Origin: Syntrophales bacterium
GTDB lineage: Bacteria > Desulfobacterota > Syntrophia > Syntrophales > PHBD01
NCBI GenBank assembly: GCA_963668175.1
Contig: OY764159.1
Coordinates: forward strand, 4,064,001-4,128,000
DNA: 64,000 nucleotides
Direction of reading: 5' to 3'
Part shown: piece by piece, positions 1-10,030 of the stretch
Position numbering within the stretch: the stretch's first letter is position 1
Layout of the letters: every line of letters begins with the position of its first letter
The notes under the pieces: model-generated
The model's input: only the letters and a program-made list of their open reading frames with translations
What the model was told of the DNA's origin: nothing
The model's database searches: none
Program-made: the position numbers and the translations under genes

Positions 1-1459
1 ATTTCTGAATCCATTCCTGGTGTGCCTTTGCCGGGAATTTGGTCCCGTGGGTCAGCCAGTACAGGAAGGGAGCCGAATCTTCTATGGCGTGGGGATAGAT
101 AGCCCGGCCGTAGAAACCGGAGAGAACCGTATAATGTACGCCGGGCTGAATTTCGTTCATCCCGAAATCGATGACCTGGGGGGGAATATTGACGGCGCCG
201 AACAGCTCCTTCATGACATAGGCATCGTAATTCTGGCGGATGAAGGACCGCATGGCGCCGTGCCCGCTTTCTTCGTCGTCGAATTTGACGGGAGAGGCCA
301 TCAACGCCAGCTTGCGAATATCCATCTCCTTCCCCGCAGCCATCCGCTCCTCTGCTCGTCTGGCCAGGTAGGGCACCATCAGGGTCCCTCCCATGCAATA
401 CCCCATGACGGAGATTTCGGCCCTGGGATGCTTCTTCCTGATAAGCGTCAGATAATGATCGTGAACGGCCTTTCCGAAGTAGTCGAGCCCCAGGCGGGTA
501 TCATCGGCCCCGGCCTCGCCGAAATCGACGAGATAAATGACATATCCCTCCTTCTGCATGCCTTCGACCACGGATTTGCCCTCGGCAAGATCGAACAATT
601 CGGGTTTGTTGATCAATGGCGTCGAGAGATAAAGGATCTGACCGTTGGACTTAACACCCGATGGCAAGGGGTAATAACGGAGCCTGACGTTATGCATCTT
701 CGATCCCCTGACGATTTCGTATCGCGAGAAGCCGATCTTGCCGCGAGTGAAACGCTCCGAATACTCCTTGGGGTCGAAGGCATTGGCCTTGTATAGGCTT
801 TCGAAACGGAGACGGTTCTCGGCAAGGTACTCCTCGAAGGTCATGGCATCCGTCCCGTCTTTATTCTTTTTCATATAGGGAAGTTCTTCGCCGTCAAGGG
901 GCGTTTCGGTGATGACCACGAGAAGGGTCTTGAGGAGCTCTTTCATGGCCTTCAGTCTCGTTATCCCCATCGCATTGTAGTTGTGCTCCATCTGGGCGAA
1001 TTCCTGGACATACTCCTTCAGCATCTGATGGCCGTCTTCCGTCGTGGAAATGCGGCGGGCCTTCTCGCGATCGAACTCCCCGTCTTTCATGAAATACCCG
1101 CTGAGATAGTAAAGGAGGCGTGCATAGTTTTTATAGATCCAGCCGTTCAGGTCCCGAAAAAGGTCCGGTTCCCTGCCCGATCGTACGGCAATCCTGGCAT
1201 GGGCCTTGATAGGTTCCGTCACAAGGGCCCGGAAAAAGGTGTTCTGTAAACTCGCCCATACGGATAACGGACCGAACAACTGATAATTCTGGCTGATGGA
1301 TTCAAGGAACTGCTGATACTGAAAAAAGGACTTGGTCTCGGCACCGGCCAGTTTGCTCTTCCAGGGCATGGCCGTAGGAATGCCCCACCGATTGTCGGCA
1401 GGCGTGATACCCATCTGAATTAAAAGACTGCTTGGCGCTATTCTGTCTTCAGCTTCCAT
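1..1459 (-). CDS. phaC: PHA synthase (PhaC)-like alpha/beta hydrolase with long N-terminal region; 3' end runs off the window
   Basis: Translated by hand; absent from the ORF track because the stop is outside the window. ATG at 1459 follows an AGGAGG RBS, and the frame is open to base 2 (486 codons). Motifs: LYLSTPLINKPELFDLAEGKSVVEGMQKEGYVIYLVDFG, lipase-like box GYCMGG (Cys355), LMASPVKF. Confidence 0.75.
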   Translation of the reverse strand, partial: MEAEDRIAPSSLLIQMGITPADNRWGIPTAMPWKSKLAGAETKSFFQYQQFLESISQNYQLFGPLSVWASLQNTFFRALVTEPIKAHARIAVRSGREPDLFRDLNGWIYKNYARLLYYLSGYFMKDGEFDREKARRISTTEDGHQMLKEYVQEFAQMEHNYNAMGITRLKAMKELLKTLLVVITETPLDGEELPYMKKNKDGTDAMTFEEYLAENRLRFESLYKANAFDPKEYSERFTRGKIGFSRYEIVRGSKMHNVRLRYYPLPSGVKSNGQILYLSTPLINKPELFDLAEGKSVVEGMQKEGYVIYLVDFGEAGADDTRLGLDYFGKAVHDHYLTLIRKKHPRAEISVMGYCMGGTLMVPYLARRAEERMAAGKEMDIRKLALMASPVKFDDEESGHGAMRSFIRQNYDAYVMKELFGAVNIPPQVIDFGMNEIQPGVHYTVLSGFYGRAIYPHAIEDSAPFLYWLTHGTKFPAKAHQEWIQK

Positions 1460-1926
1460 ATATATCCCTCCTGTCTTGCTTATTCAAATTAAGCATTCCG
1501 CAAGGAATGGATTGCCTGATCGCTGATCTTATTCACTCTGCTTTGCTGCCTTGTGAACGGCATCTATGGAAAACTAGCGAATCACTCTAGAATAACTTTG
1601 AACTTTATGGGACCGATTCGGAACAGATCTGTTGTCGCTATAGAGTTCGCGATCAGCGGACGTTGCTGAAAAAAAAGCCGTCCGCACTCACGAATCCCTT
1701 TCATGCGCTAGGGGAAAAAGCGCCGGGACTGCTGCATGAGCGGTGCGTTTGTCAAGCCCGGCTCCAATCTTGAAATGGCTGCCGTACGACAGTAAAAGGT
1801 CCTCTTGGATCTTTTGGGCATATCATATCCGGCAAATGCGGGATATGTCAACTCAATTCTCGATTCCGCCGCGACTGCTGAGGGTCGTATTTCAGGATAC
1901 TGATTACTCCGTTGGTCATTCTCTCC

Positions 1927-1956
1927 TTGACAGCATGAGCCGGATCATCTTATCTT
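1927..1956 (+). promoter_or_regulatory. Putative sigma70 promoter for the Nudix gene
   Basis: TTGACA-N18-TATCTT, ending about 40 nt before the ATG at 1999. Confidence 0.4.
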
Positions 1957-1998
1957 CATGATATCTTAACGATTACCCGGGAAAAAGGATCCGTCGCC

Positions 1999-2448
1999 AT
2001 GCCCCCCACAACCACCAAGAAAGTTTGTTCCTCCTGCGGCGCAGTTCAGGAATGTTACCGCAATCCCATTCCCACCGTCGACATCATCATCGAAATGGAT
2101 GACCGCCGTATCGTGCTCATCAAGCGGAAAAACCCTCCCTATGGATGGGCCATACCGGGAGGGTTTGTCGATTACGGGGAATCGCTGGAAGACGCCGCCG
2201 TAAGGGAGGCGAGGGAGGAGACGGGACTCGATGTCACGCTGATCAGCCAGATGCATACCTACTCGAAGCCGGACCGGGATCCCCGGCAGCACACGATCAG
2301 CACCGTCTTTACAGCCAGAGCCTCCGGAACACCGAAAGCCCTGGACGATGCCCTGGAAATCGGACTTTTCGATGAGGACCATCTCCCATCCCCCCTGGCA
2401 TTCGATCACCGGTTTATTCTCGGGGACTATTTCCGTTCCCGGCCGTGA
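1999..2448 (+). CDS. Nudix hydrolase (ADP-ribose pyrophosphatase-like)
   Basis: Nudix box [23 protein letters not shown]; also RDPRQH and LAFDH motifs. Confidence 0.9.
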   Translation: MPPTTTKKVCSSCGAVQECYRNPIPTVDIIIEMDDRRIVLIKRKNPPYGWAIPGGFVDYGESLEDAAVREAREETGLDVTLISQMHTYSKPDRDPRQHTISTVFTARASGTPKALDDALEIGLFDEDHLPSPLAFDHRFILGDYFRSRP

Positions 2449-2485
2449 CAAACTGGCGACCATGATCCGCACGGACCGCTGGCAA

Positions 2486-4351
2486 TCATACATCTTCGCC
2501 CCACAGGGCGTCCCTCAGTCCGGACGTCCGCTCGATCCGGCGGGCCGCCGCGGCCCGGAAGACCGCCTCGTCGCTCCACAACTCGGCCAGGATCTTCGCC
2601 CTTGTAACGGCCGTATAGATAAGTTCCCTCGTCAGGACGGAATTGTCCCGCTCCGGGAACAGGATCAGGACGCGGTCGTACTCTGACCCCTGACTCTTGT
2701 GGACGGTCATGGCATAGGCGGTTTCATGCTCGGGAAGCCTCAAGGGATGGAATATCCTTATCCCTCCCCCGGCATCCCTGAAGGCTACCTGCAATCCTTC
2801 CGGCGCATCGGGATCGCGAACCATGATGCCGATGTCTCCGTTGAAAAGAGCCATTTGATAATCGTTTCGCGTAACCATGACAGGTTTTCCCGGATAGTAG
2901 CGCGTCCCGGGCGGGATCAGGCGCATCTTCCGCAGCATGTCTTCAACGATGTCGTTGATGCCGACCACGCCGTAGCGTCCCTGTCTCAGCGCACACAATA
3001 TACGGAATGTTTCAAATCGCTCGAAGATTTCAAACGGTTCCAACCCTTCTTCAACCGCTTTAAAGTAGTCAAGAAGAGATTCGCCGACGGCATCTCGCAA
3101 TGCTCCCTGTAATCGGCCCGCTGGGGGCAGCGTCGCCCAACGGACGTCCTGATAATCAGTCCTTCTCAGGATATCCCAGGCGGCAATCCCGTCGCCGTTG
3201 TTCACCGCCTTGCTCAATCGCGCGATGCCGCTCGATTCGCCATAGCGGAAATTCTGTTCGAGGGAAACGATGCCGTCCCGAAGCCCTCCTGCGGCGAGCT
3301 TTGGATCGGAGCCAATCTCCATGGCGGTGAACTCGCAAACCCGGCCGGCAAAATCCCCGGAAAAGAGATTGGGGTTTCCGCTGCCGCAGATATCCCCGAG
3401 AACGGCGCCCGCTTCGACCGAGGCCAGTTGATCCTTGTCCCCCAGGACGATGATTTTAGCCTGCGGACGGACGGCTTCAACCAATTTGGAGAAAAGCGGC
3501 AGGGCGATCATGGAAGCTTCGTCGACGACCACGACGTCGTAAGGAAGGGGGTTCCCGGCGTTATGGCGGAAGTAGGGCGATCGAGGAATGGTTCCCAGAA
3601 GCCGATGCACCGTCGACGTCTTATCGGGAATGGCGGTGCGGATATCCTCGGAGCAGGCGAGTTTCTCCTTCGCACGGCCGACGGCCTCCTGCAAGCGGAC
3701 GGCGGCCTTCCCGGTAGGTGCCGCAAGGGCGATCCGCAACGGCTTCCCCTTGGCCTGTTCGAGCAGGAGCGCCAGAATCTTGGCCACGGTCGTCGTTTTG
3801 CCCGTTCCGGGACTGCCGGAAATGACGGTGAAGCTGTTCAGGACGGCCGATACGGCGGCCACCGCCCGCCAATCGGCGCCCGGCGCCGGTTTGGAAAGAA
3901 AAAACCTGGAAAGTCCGTCCTTCAGCAATGTGGCATCCAATCCCGGCAGTATGGACGCAGATCTTGGTCCTGTAACGCGCCGGAGGATATGATCGATGAG
4001 GCTCGTTTCATACTTCCAGTAGCGGTAGAGATACAATCGCGACTTGTCGTCGAGAATCAAAGGCCTGTAATCGCCCGGCCTTCCCACAACATCGGCGGAT
4101 TCCAGACAGGCCCTCCACGATCCGGCATCAGGACAGACAACCGTATCATGACCGCCATCTCCTCTCCTCACAATCCTTCCCGCAACATCGGAAAGCCGAA
4201 TGCAGATATGGCCGTTCCTGGTGTCTGAGCTGACAAGGGCCGCTGCCAGATAAAGCGCTTCGCTTTCGCTGCCGGATAAATCCTGCATGAACCGGGCAAA
4301 GACCGCATCCAGTTCGTTTAATTCCGCTTCAATGACGCGCTCCGTCTTCAT
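2486..4351 (-). CDS. recD: Exodeoxyribonuclease V alpha subunit
   Basis: Walker A GSPGTGKTT, VVDEASM, AYAMTVHKSQGSEY, RELIYTAVTRA; directly downstream of recB. Confidence 0.95.
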   Translation of the reverse strand: MKTERVIEAELNELDAVFARFMQDLSGSESEALYLAAALVSSDTRNGHICIRLSDVAGRIVRRGDGGHDTVVCPDAGSWRACLESADVVGRPGDYRPLILDDKSRLYLYRYWKYETSLIDHILRRVTGPRSASILPGLDATLLKDGLSRFFLSKPAPGADWRAVAAVSAVLNSFTVISGSPGTGKTTTVAKILALLLEQAKGKPLRIALAAPTGKAAVRLQEAVGRAKEKLACSEDIRTAIPDKTSTVHRLLGTIPRSPYFRHNAGNPLPYDVVVVDEASMIALPLFSKLVEAVRPQAKIIVLGDKDQLASVEAGAVLGDICGSGNPNLFSGDFAGRVCEFTAMEIGSDPKLAAGGLRDGIVSLEQNFRYGESSGIARLSKAVNNGDGIAAWDILRRTDYQDVRWATLPPAGRLQGALRDAVGESLLDYFKAVEEGLEPFEIFERFETFRILCALRQGRYGVVGINDIVEDMLRKMRLIPPGTRYYPGKPVMVTRNDYQMALFNGDIGIMVRDPDAPEGLQVAFRDAGGGIRIFHPLRLPEHETAYAMTVHKSQGSEYDRVLILFPERDNSVLTRELIYTAVTRAKILAELWSDEAVFRAAAARRIERTSGLRDALWGEDV

Positions 4352-4363
4352 GCCCCTCGTCCC

Positions 4364-7300
4364 TTATGAATCCGCAATGAGTTTCGAACACAATGTTTCT
4401 ATGTTCTTCTGCCCGGGCAGATCGTAATACACGCCGCATGTGGGTCCCGTGGACGGGTCGAGGCCCCTCAGGAAAAGATAATAGACGCCGCCGAAGTGCC
4501 GGCTATATTCATAACCGGGCAGGCGGACCTGAAGGTAGCGGTGAAGGGCGACTGTATACAGATGATACTGGAGAAAATAGAAACTGCCGCTCATAACCCC
4601 GGATAAGGCCTCCCGGTTGTAGGATTCCAGACGGTCTCCCAGGTAATTCGACTTCCAGTCCACCAGAAAATAGCGGTCCTGATGGCGGAAGATCATATCC
4701 ATGAAACCCCGCATGTAGCCGCTTGTCGTGCTGAAACGAAGGCGCCCCATCTGCTCCCGGACAACGTCCGGAATTCCCCCGATGCCGCAATCGGCAAACA
4801 GGCCGGACAGGCTTTGGGTCGATATGGAACGCAGGGGGAAGTAGAAGCCCATTTCGTCCATTCGCCCGTTTGATCCGATGGAAGACAGCTTCAGGGGGTC
4901 GTCCGCAGCATCGAGGGGGCAGTCGATCATATTGTTGAACATGCGCAAAACGGCCCCTTCCCAGCCTGGATCGAATCCATGTTCCTTAAGGACATTGCAG
5001 ATAGTCAGGCTGACCGTCTCGTCTTTCCGATCGCGGAAATCGAGTTTTTCCAACAGGGCATGGAGGCATGTTCCGGCCCTCGTTCCCCTGGGAAAATCCA
5101 GAATATTGCCGCTGATTCGTGGAGAGGCATTCTCGCCGGGGCCGGCAAACGGACCGGACCGATCTTCGGCCGCAAGCGAATCGTGGTCGGGAAGATCGCT
5201 GCTTTGGGGCCGTCCCGAAACGAGAAAAGAGAAACTGGTCACCTTCCAGGTACGATCGATCCTGCCGCCGAACGTCCGGCAGGCAAGCATCTCCCCTCCT
5301 TTCACGGACCGGCTGTACGGAAAGCTGCGTCCCTCCGGCATGACGGATACGGAAAGGCATCCTCCCGATTGCCCGGCCAGTTTGACCAAATCCTCATACA
5401 TGTCCTTATCGGACAGCGCTTTATAATCTTCTACCATGGCCGGGATAGAACCGTCTGCGGCCGGTTTCCGCCGGTCGTGAAGCAGGTAGAACGGGGCTGA
5501 CGTCCCCGCCTGGTTGAAGCGGCCCCAGACGAAGCAGCATCTATGTTTCGCCCTGGTAAGGGCAACGTAGAGCAGCCGGATGTTTTCGCCGAGCAATTCC
5601 CGGACGGCGTAGTTCTTATGTTCATCGACACGTTCCGAACCGAGATCGCACACGGGGAGCCGGCCATCGCTTTCATCGTGAAAAAGAAAGGGCGTTTTCC
5701 TGATTTCGGCACCGTCCCAGGCGAAGGGGCAGAACACAACCGGATACTCCAGCCCCTTGCTCTTATGGATGGTGATGATTTTGACGGCGTTGTCATCGCT
5801 TTCAAGACGCATCTGGTGCTCTTCCCGGACCGTTCCTTCATGGCGCCTCTGCGCCGCCAGCCATTTCAGGAGACCGGTCATGCCAAGATTTCCTTCCACG
5901 GTTTCGCGATGCAGGATCTCGGAAAGCTGCAGGAGATTGGTCAATCTCCGCTCCCCGTCCTGCAGGGCAAGAAGCCTGCCCCGAACGCCCTCGGAACCGA
6001 GCCATTGCCGGAACATCTTCATGAATCCCCTCTCCCGCCATAACTCATGATATCTCTTGAAACGTTCCAGATACCCTCCCCATGCCGTTTCATCGGTCAT
6101 GAGCCGGTCGAGCTCCGATCCGCTGACGCCCATAACGCCCGTGGCCAGCGCCCGGCGAATCTTCCGCTCATTGCCGGGCTCGGCGGCTGCGGCTAGGATC
6201 AGTTCGATCTCCTCCGCCTCGCAAGAGGTGAAAATATTGTCGGCACTGCTGACGACACAGGGAATGCCGAGGGAACGCAGGGCTTCCTGCATTCTCAGCA
6301 CATCCCTGTTCTTCCTGACCAGGACGGCTATGTCGCCCGCCGTCAGGGGTTGATCTCCGATATGGGCCTTTCCCTGTCTGGCAAAATCAAGGAGGCGGGA
6401 TATCTCCGCCGCGACGGCCCGGGTAACGCGCTGCCTGGCTTCTTGTTTATTCATCGGCCGGTCGGATTCGGAAGGAACGAACCATACTGTCAAAGGCGCA
6501 TCTTCCTGCGGACCGAGACGGCAGGAGGTACGCTCGGAAGCCACTCCCGCTTCCGCGGGATAAAAGCCGATCTCGTCGTAAAGGAACGGGTTCTCCCTGC
6601 GGGAGAAGAGGGCATTGACGGCGCCGATGAGCTTCGCGTCCGCGCGCCAGTTCTTCCTCATGCTGTACCTGGCATCGACATGGGCCGCCGCTTTCATATA
6701 GGCAAACAGATCGGCCCCGCGGAAACTGTAGATGGCCTGTTTGGGATCGCCGATCAGGAAGAGGATATTGCCCCCTTCGCCGAAGACGGACTGGATGATG
6801 GCATATTGGGCGGGATCCGTATCCTGAAATTCGTCGACGAGGGCCGCCTTGTATTTTTCTCGGATGGCTGCTGCGAGGGTTACGCCTGTCCGCCCCGTCA
6901 GTGCCGATTTCAGGCGGGTCAGCAGATCGTCATAGAAGAGGATGTTCATCTCTGTCTTCCGGGCCGGCAGTTCGCGGCGGACCGTACGGATCAATTCAGC
7001 CTTCAGAAAGAGGAGGTATCGGTCGAGGAGATTCTTCAGGGCATCCGCCTTTTCCCGGATCGATTGACACAAAGGGAATACGTCATGAACCGGCGGATTG
7101 CAGCCTTTTTTCATCGAACACGCCAGTTTCTCCGTCGTGAACTTCTCGATCTCATCGGGCGGGAGGAAATAACGTCCCGGGGATGACAGATAGCCGTCGA
7201 CGGCCGTCATGAACCGGTCGACGCGTTGTCCATAGATGTTGGCCTTGAGCCCGGGGTCCGTCAGTTTATCCCGCACTTCTTCCCTGGATTCCGGCCAGGC

Positions 7301-7981
7301 GGCGGCAAGGCGGCTGAAATCGGTTTTAATCGCGTCAAGGAGTACCTTTATAGTGTCCATCGACGGGACTTCGACATCAGGAACGACGCGGGTATCGCCA
7401 TCCAGTGCTTTATCCGGCACAAGGTCATACAGGGCTTCGGGGTGAAGGCCGTTCATCAGCACGTATCCGCCAATCTCGGGAAGGGCGTCGTAAAGATGGG
7501 TCCGCCAGAAATCCTCGACGATCTCCCTCTTGATATCTTCCTGATCGGTGACCATCCTGGCGTCGAAGAATGTGCCGCTTTCGAAAGCGTGCTCCTGCAG
7601 CATCCTCTGGCAGAATCCGTGGATCGTATAAACGGCGGCCTCGTCGAAATTACGCAGGCTGTCCTGCAAGCGGCCGAGGACGACGCGGCGGTCCCGCTCG
7701 TTCGGGCAGCGGGCGACCAGTTCCTCGAGAAAGGGATCTCCGCTTCTTCCTTCGGAAAATGCCGAGACAGCGTCCTTGAGATTCCTGCGTATCCTGCCTT
7801 TCAGCTCCTCGGTCGCGGCAACGGTGTAGGTCATCACGAGGATTTGTCCGGGAACAAGCCCCTTTTCCGCAACCAGGCGGACATAGAGGCCGGCGACGGC
7901 ATAGGTCTTTCCCGTCCCGGCCGCAGCTTCGATCAGGTTGATTCCCGCAAGGGGACATTCAATCAAGTCAAATTCTTTCAT
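4364..7981 (-). CDS. recB: Exodeoxyribonuclease V beta subunit
   Basis: IEAAAGTGKT, VDEFQDTD, TIHKSKGLEY, LLYVALTRA, and nuclease motif GFMDMIF...LVDWKSN. Confidence 0.95.
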   Translation of the reverse strand: MKEFDLIECPLAGINLIEAAAGTGKTYAVAGLYVRLVAEKGLVPGQILVMTYTVAATEELKGRIRRNLKDAVSAFSEGRSGDPFLEELVARCPNERDRRVVLGRLQDSLRNFDEAAVYTIHGFCQRMLQEHAFESGTFFDARMVTDQEDIKREIVEDFWRTHLYDALPEIGGYVLMNGLHPEALYDLVPDKALDGDTRVVPDVEVPSMDTIKVLLDAIKTDFSRLAAAWPESREEVRDKLTDPGLKANIYGQRVDRFMTAVDGYLSSPGRYFLPPDEIEKFTTEKLACSMKKGCNPPVHDVFPLCQSIREKADALKNLLDRYLLFLKAELIRTVRRELPARKTEMNILFYDDLLTRLKSALTGRTGVTLAAAIREKYKAALVDEFQDTDPAQYAIIQSVFGEGGNILFLIGDPKQAIYSFRGADLFAYMKAAAHVDARYSMRKNWRADAKLIGAVNALFSRRENPFLYDEIGFYPAEAGVASERTSCRLGPQEDAPLTVWFVPSESDRPMNKQEARQRVTRAVAAEISRLLDFARQGKAHIGDQPLTAGDIAVLVRKNRDVLRMQEALRSLGIPCVVSSADNIFTSCEAEEIELILAAAAEPGNERKIRRALATGVMGVSGSELDRLMTDETAWGGYLERFKRYHELWRERGFMKMFRQWLGSEGVRGRLLALQDGERRLTNLLQLSEILHRETVEGNLGMTGLLKWLAAQRRHEGTVREEHQMRLESDDNAVKIITIHKSKGLEYPVVFCPFAWDGAEIRKTPFLFHDESDGRLPVCDLGSERVDEHKNYAVRELLGENIRLLYVALTRAKHRCCFVWGRFNQAGTSAPFYLLHDRRKPAADGSIPAMVEDYKALSDKDMYEDLVKLAGQSGGCLSVSVMPEGRSFPYSRSVKGGEMLACRTFGGRIDRTWKVTSFSFLVSGRPQSSDLPDHDSLAAEDRSGPFAGPGENASPRISGNILDFPRGTRAGTCLHALLEKLDFRDRKDETVSLTICNVLKEHGFDPGWEGAVLRMFNNMIDCPLDAADDPLKLSSIGSNGRMDEMGFYFPLRSISTQSLSGLFADCGIGGIPDVVREQMGRLRFSTTSGYMRGFMDMIFRHQDRYFLVDWKSNYLGDRLESYNREALSGVMSGSFYFLQYHLYTVALHRYLQVRLPGYEYSRHFGGVYYLFLRGLDPSTGPTCGVYYDLPGQKNIETLCSKLIADS

Positions 7982-8245
7982 GGCATAAGCGTCCGAACGG
8001 CATGCGGATATCTCGTCCGTGTCTCAACATTCTTGAACCGGCATCTTCCCCCATTTCGCCGACTTGAAATTAACATCCTCTTAAGGTAAGAGACTAAAGA
8101 TCATGGCGCAAAAGGAGAGAAACCCGACTTTATTGATATTTTCCCGTACCGGGACTATAGAGCAGGCCCCTGGCCGTGTCAACGGAAAAGGACCGGATCA
8201 CGTTCCGGTTCATGGAGAAGAATCAAAGCGCAAAAGAGGGATACA

Positions 8246-8797
8246 ATGATATTCAAAGCCATAGAATACGCCACCAAGGTCCATTCAGGGCAATACCGCA
8301 AAGCGACCCGGATACCCTACATCATTCATCCCCTCGCCGTCGCCCGGATTCTGATCGAACAAGAGTCGCGTACGGAGGTTGTTTGTGCAGGCATTCTGCA
8401 CGATACCCTGGAGGACACGCGGGCAACCGTCGAGGAAATCGACCTGCTGTTCGGGAAGGAAGTGGCCGATCTGGTCCAATCCGTATCGGAGCCGAACAAG
8501 TCGGATCATACCTGGGAAAATCGCAAGTCTTACACGCTCAAACACTTGAGGTCGGCACCACCCGAGACGCTGCTCATCACCCTGGCCGACAAGTTCGACA
8601 ATATCATGTCCATCCGCAGCGATTACGACCGAATGGGGGAAACCCTCTGGAAGCGTTTCAACCGGCCGAAAGAGAAACAGCAATGGTACTACGAGGCCTT
8701 GGCAATCCTCTTTTCCGAACGGATGAGTCACGGCGGCTTCGCGATCCTCGCCCGCCAGTTCAAGACCGAAGTGGAGCTTGTCTTTAAAAAGGCATGA
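8246..8797 (+). CDS. Stand-alone RelA/SpoT-type HD domain protein (small alarmone hydrolase/Mesh1-like)
   Basis: HSGQYRK...PYIIHP, AGILHDTLEDT, LADKFDN motifs; 183 aa with no synthetase domain. Confidence 0.85.
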   Translation: MIFKAIEYATKVHSGQYRKATRIPYIIHPLAVARILIEQESRTEVVCAGILHDTLEDTRATVEEIDLLFGKEVADLVQSVSEPNKSDHTWENRKSYTLKHLRSAPPETLLITLADKFDNIMSIRSDYDRMGETLWKRFNRPKEKQQWYYEALAILFSERMSHGGFAILARQFKTEVELVFKKA

Positions 8798-8886
8798 TCC
8801 CCCGGCCGCAACGTCGAGGCATCAAGGCCGGCCCATGATGCGGCAGGCAGCACGCATCTTGTAAGCCGAAACCTATTATCCCCCTA

Positions 8887-9135
8887 TCACTTGCCGTAAT
8901 ACTTGACAAGGGCGTCCTTGACGGCTTTCTCTTCCTCGGGCGTTAGCTTGAGGCCCCGGGCTTTCATGCCAAATACGATGCCGTCCCACTCCTCCGCCGT
9001 CCGCTTTTTCTGATAGACCACCGACGATGAATGGCAGGACGAACATTTCTGCTCGAGAATTTCCGGCTTGCCCGAGCACCCAAAGAGAAAGACGGCCAGA
9101 AGCGGCCAGAAGACATATCTCGTAATACGCATCAT
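8887..9135 (-). CDS. Small monoheme c-type cytochrome lipoprotein
   Basis: Lipobox LFGC, single CSSCH heme motif, downstream W..IV..M with a candidate axial Met; AGGAGG RBS. Confidence 0.75.
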   Translation of the reverse strand: MMRITRYVFWPLLAVFLFGCSGKPEILEQKCSSCHSSSVVYQKKRTAEEWDGIVFGMKARGLKLTPEEEKAVKDALVKYYGK

Positions 9136-9218
9136 AGTGCCTCCTTGAAGACATTCGATTTATTACATGATATACGGACGCAGGGCTGCCTGCAATAGAA
9201 AAACCTCCGGGATACCGC

Positions 9219-10001
9219 TTACTGAATGACAAAATCGAAGTAGCGATCGGGATAGGGCTCCTTTTGCAAAGTGAAGTGCCACCATTCTTCAGGCAGGTTC
9301 TTAAAACCATGCTTGTCCATGAGCACTTTCAGGAGCATCCGGTTGATGCGATGCCTGAGAACGACATCCCTGTTTTCCGGGTGGGAAAGCTCGTGGAAGC
9401 AGTCGAATCCGGTCCCCATGTCGATGCTGTTGTCCTTGAACCGCTTATCCGCCGGAAGAAAACACTCCGCGAGCTCCTGACCGGGGACATACGCCTCCTG
9501 CTCGGGCTCCGGCAGGGGAACGATGGTCAAATCGACAGTACTGCCCCGGCTGTGCCCCGAACGACTGGCAATATAGCCGTCCCGGAACAGATTCTTCTTG
9601 TCGACGGTCGGATAGAATTCCTTCTTCGTTTTGATATCGGAGACGTCCTTCGCCCAACGGACAAAATGATCGACGGCCCGTTGTGGGCGATAGCAGTCGT
9701 AGACCTTCAATGTCAAACCGAACCGGTTCAGTTCCACCTGCACACGGGAAAGGGCAAGGGCCGCATCCCTCGTCAGGATGCACTTCGGGGCCTGATAACC
9801 GTCCACTTGCTGCCCCACGAAATTATGGGGTCCAAAATAGCGGATATCGAGAAGAATTGAAGGCGCCACATCCCGGAGGTCCGCAAATCCATCCGGAAGG
9901 CGGCTTTCCGGGCGGGCAGACGGAGGTAAAGCAGCGCGGGTTATCAGAATCGCCATGAGGCAAAAAACATATATTTTAGCATTCAGACCCGTCCTTGTCA
10001 T
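9219..10001 (-). CDS. D-alanyl-D-alanine dipeptidase (peptidase M15D, VanX/DdpX family) with probable signal peptide
   Basis: YDCYRP, SGHSRGSTVDLT, DMGTGFDCF, EEWWHF motifs. Start moved to ATG 10001, which follows an AAAGGAG RBS. Confidence 0.9.
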   Translation of the reverse strand: MTRTGLNAKIYVFCLMAILITRAALPPSARPESRLPDGFADLRDVAPSILLDIRYFGPHNFVGQQVDGYQAPKCILTRDAALALSRVQVELNRFGLTLKVYDCYRPQRAVDHFVRWAKDVSDIKTKKEFYPTVDKKNLFRDGYIASRSGHSRGSTVDLTIVPLPEPEQEAYVPGQELAECFLPADKRFKDNSIDMGTGFDCFHELSHPENRDVVLRHRINRMLLKVLMDKHGFKNLPEEWWHFTLQKEPYPDRYFDFVIQ

Positions 10002-10030
10002 GCTTACTCCTTTCCTGTTCCATCCTCGCA

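Noticed and set aside
20..796. 258-aa plus-strand ORF in the track
   Set aside because: Antisense shadow of the PhaC-like gene; no recognisable motifs.
9219..10001. Vancomycin-resistance vanX
   Set aside because: No vanH, vanA, vanR or vanS nearby, and the host is diderm; more likely a housekeeping DdpX-type peptidase.
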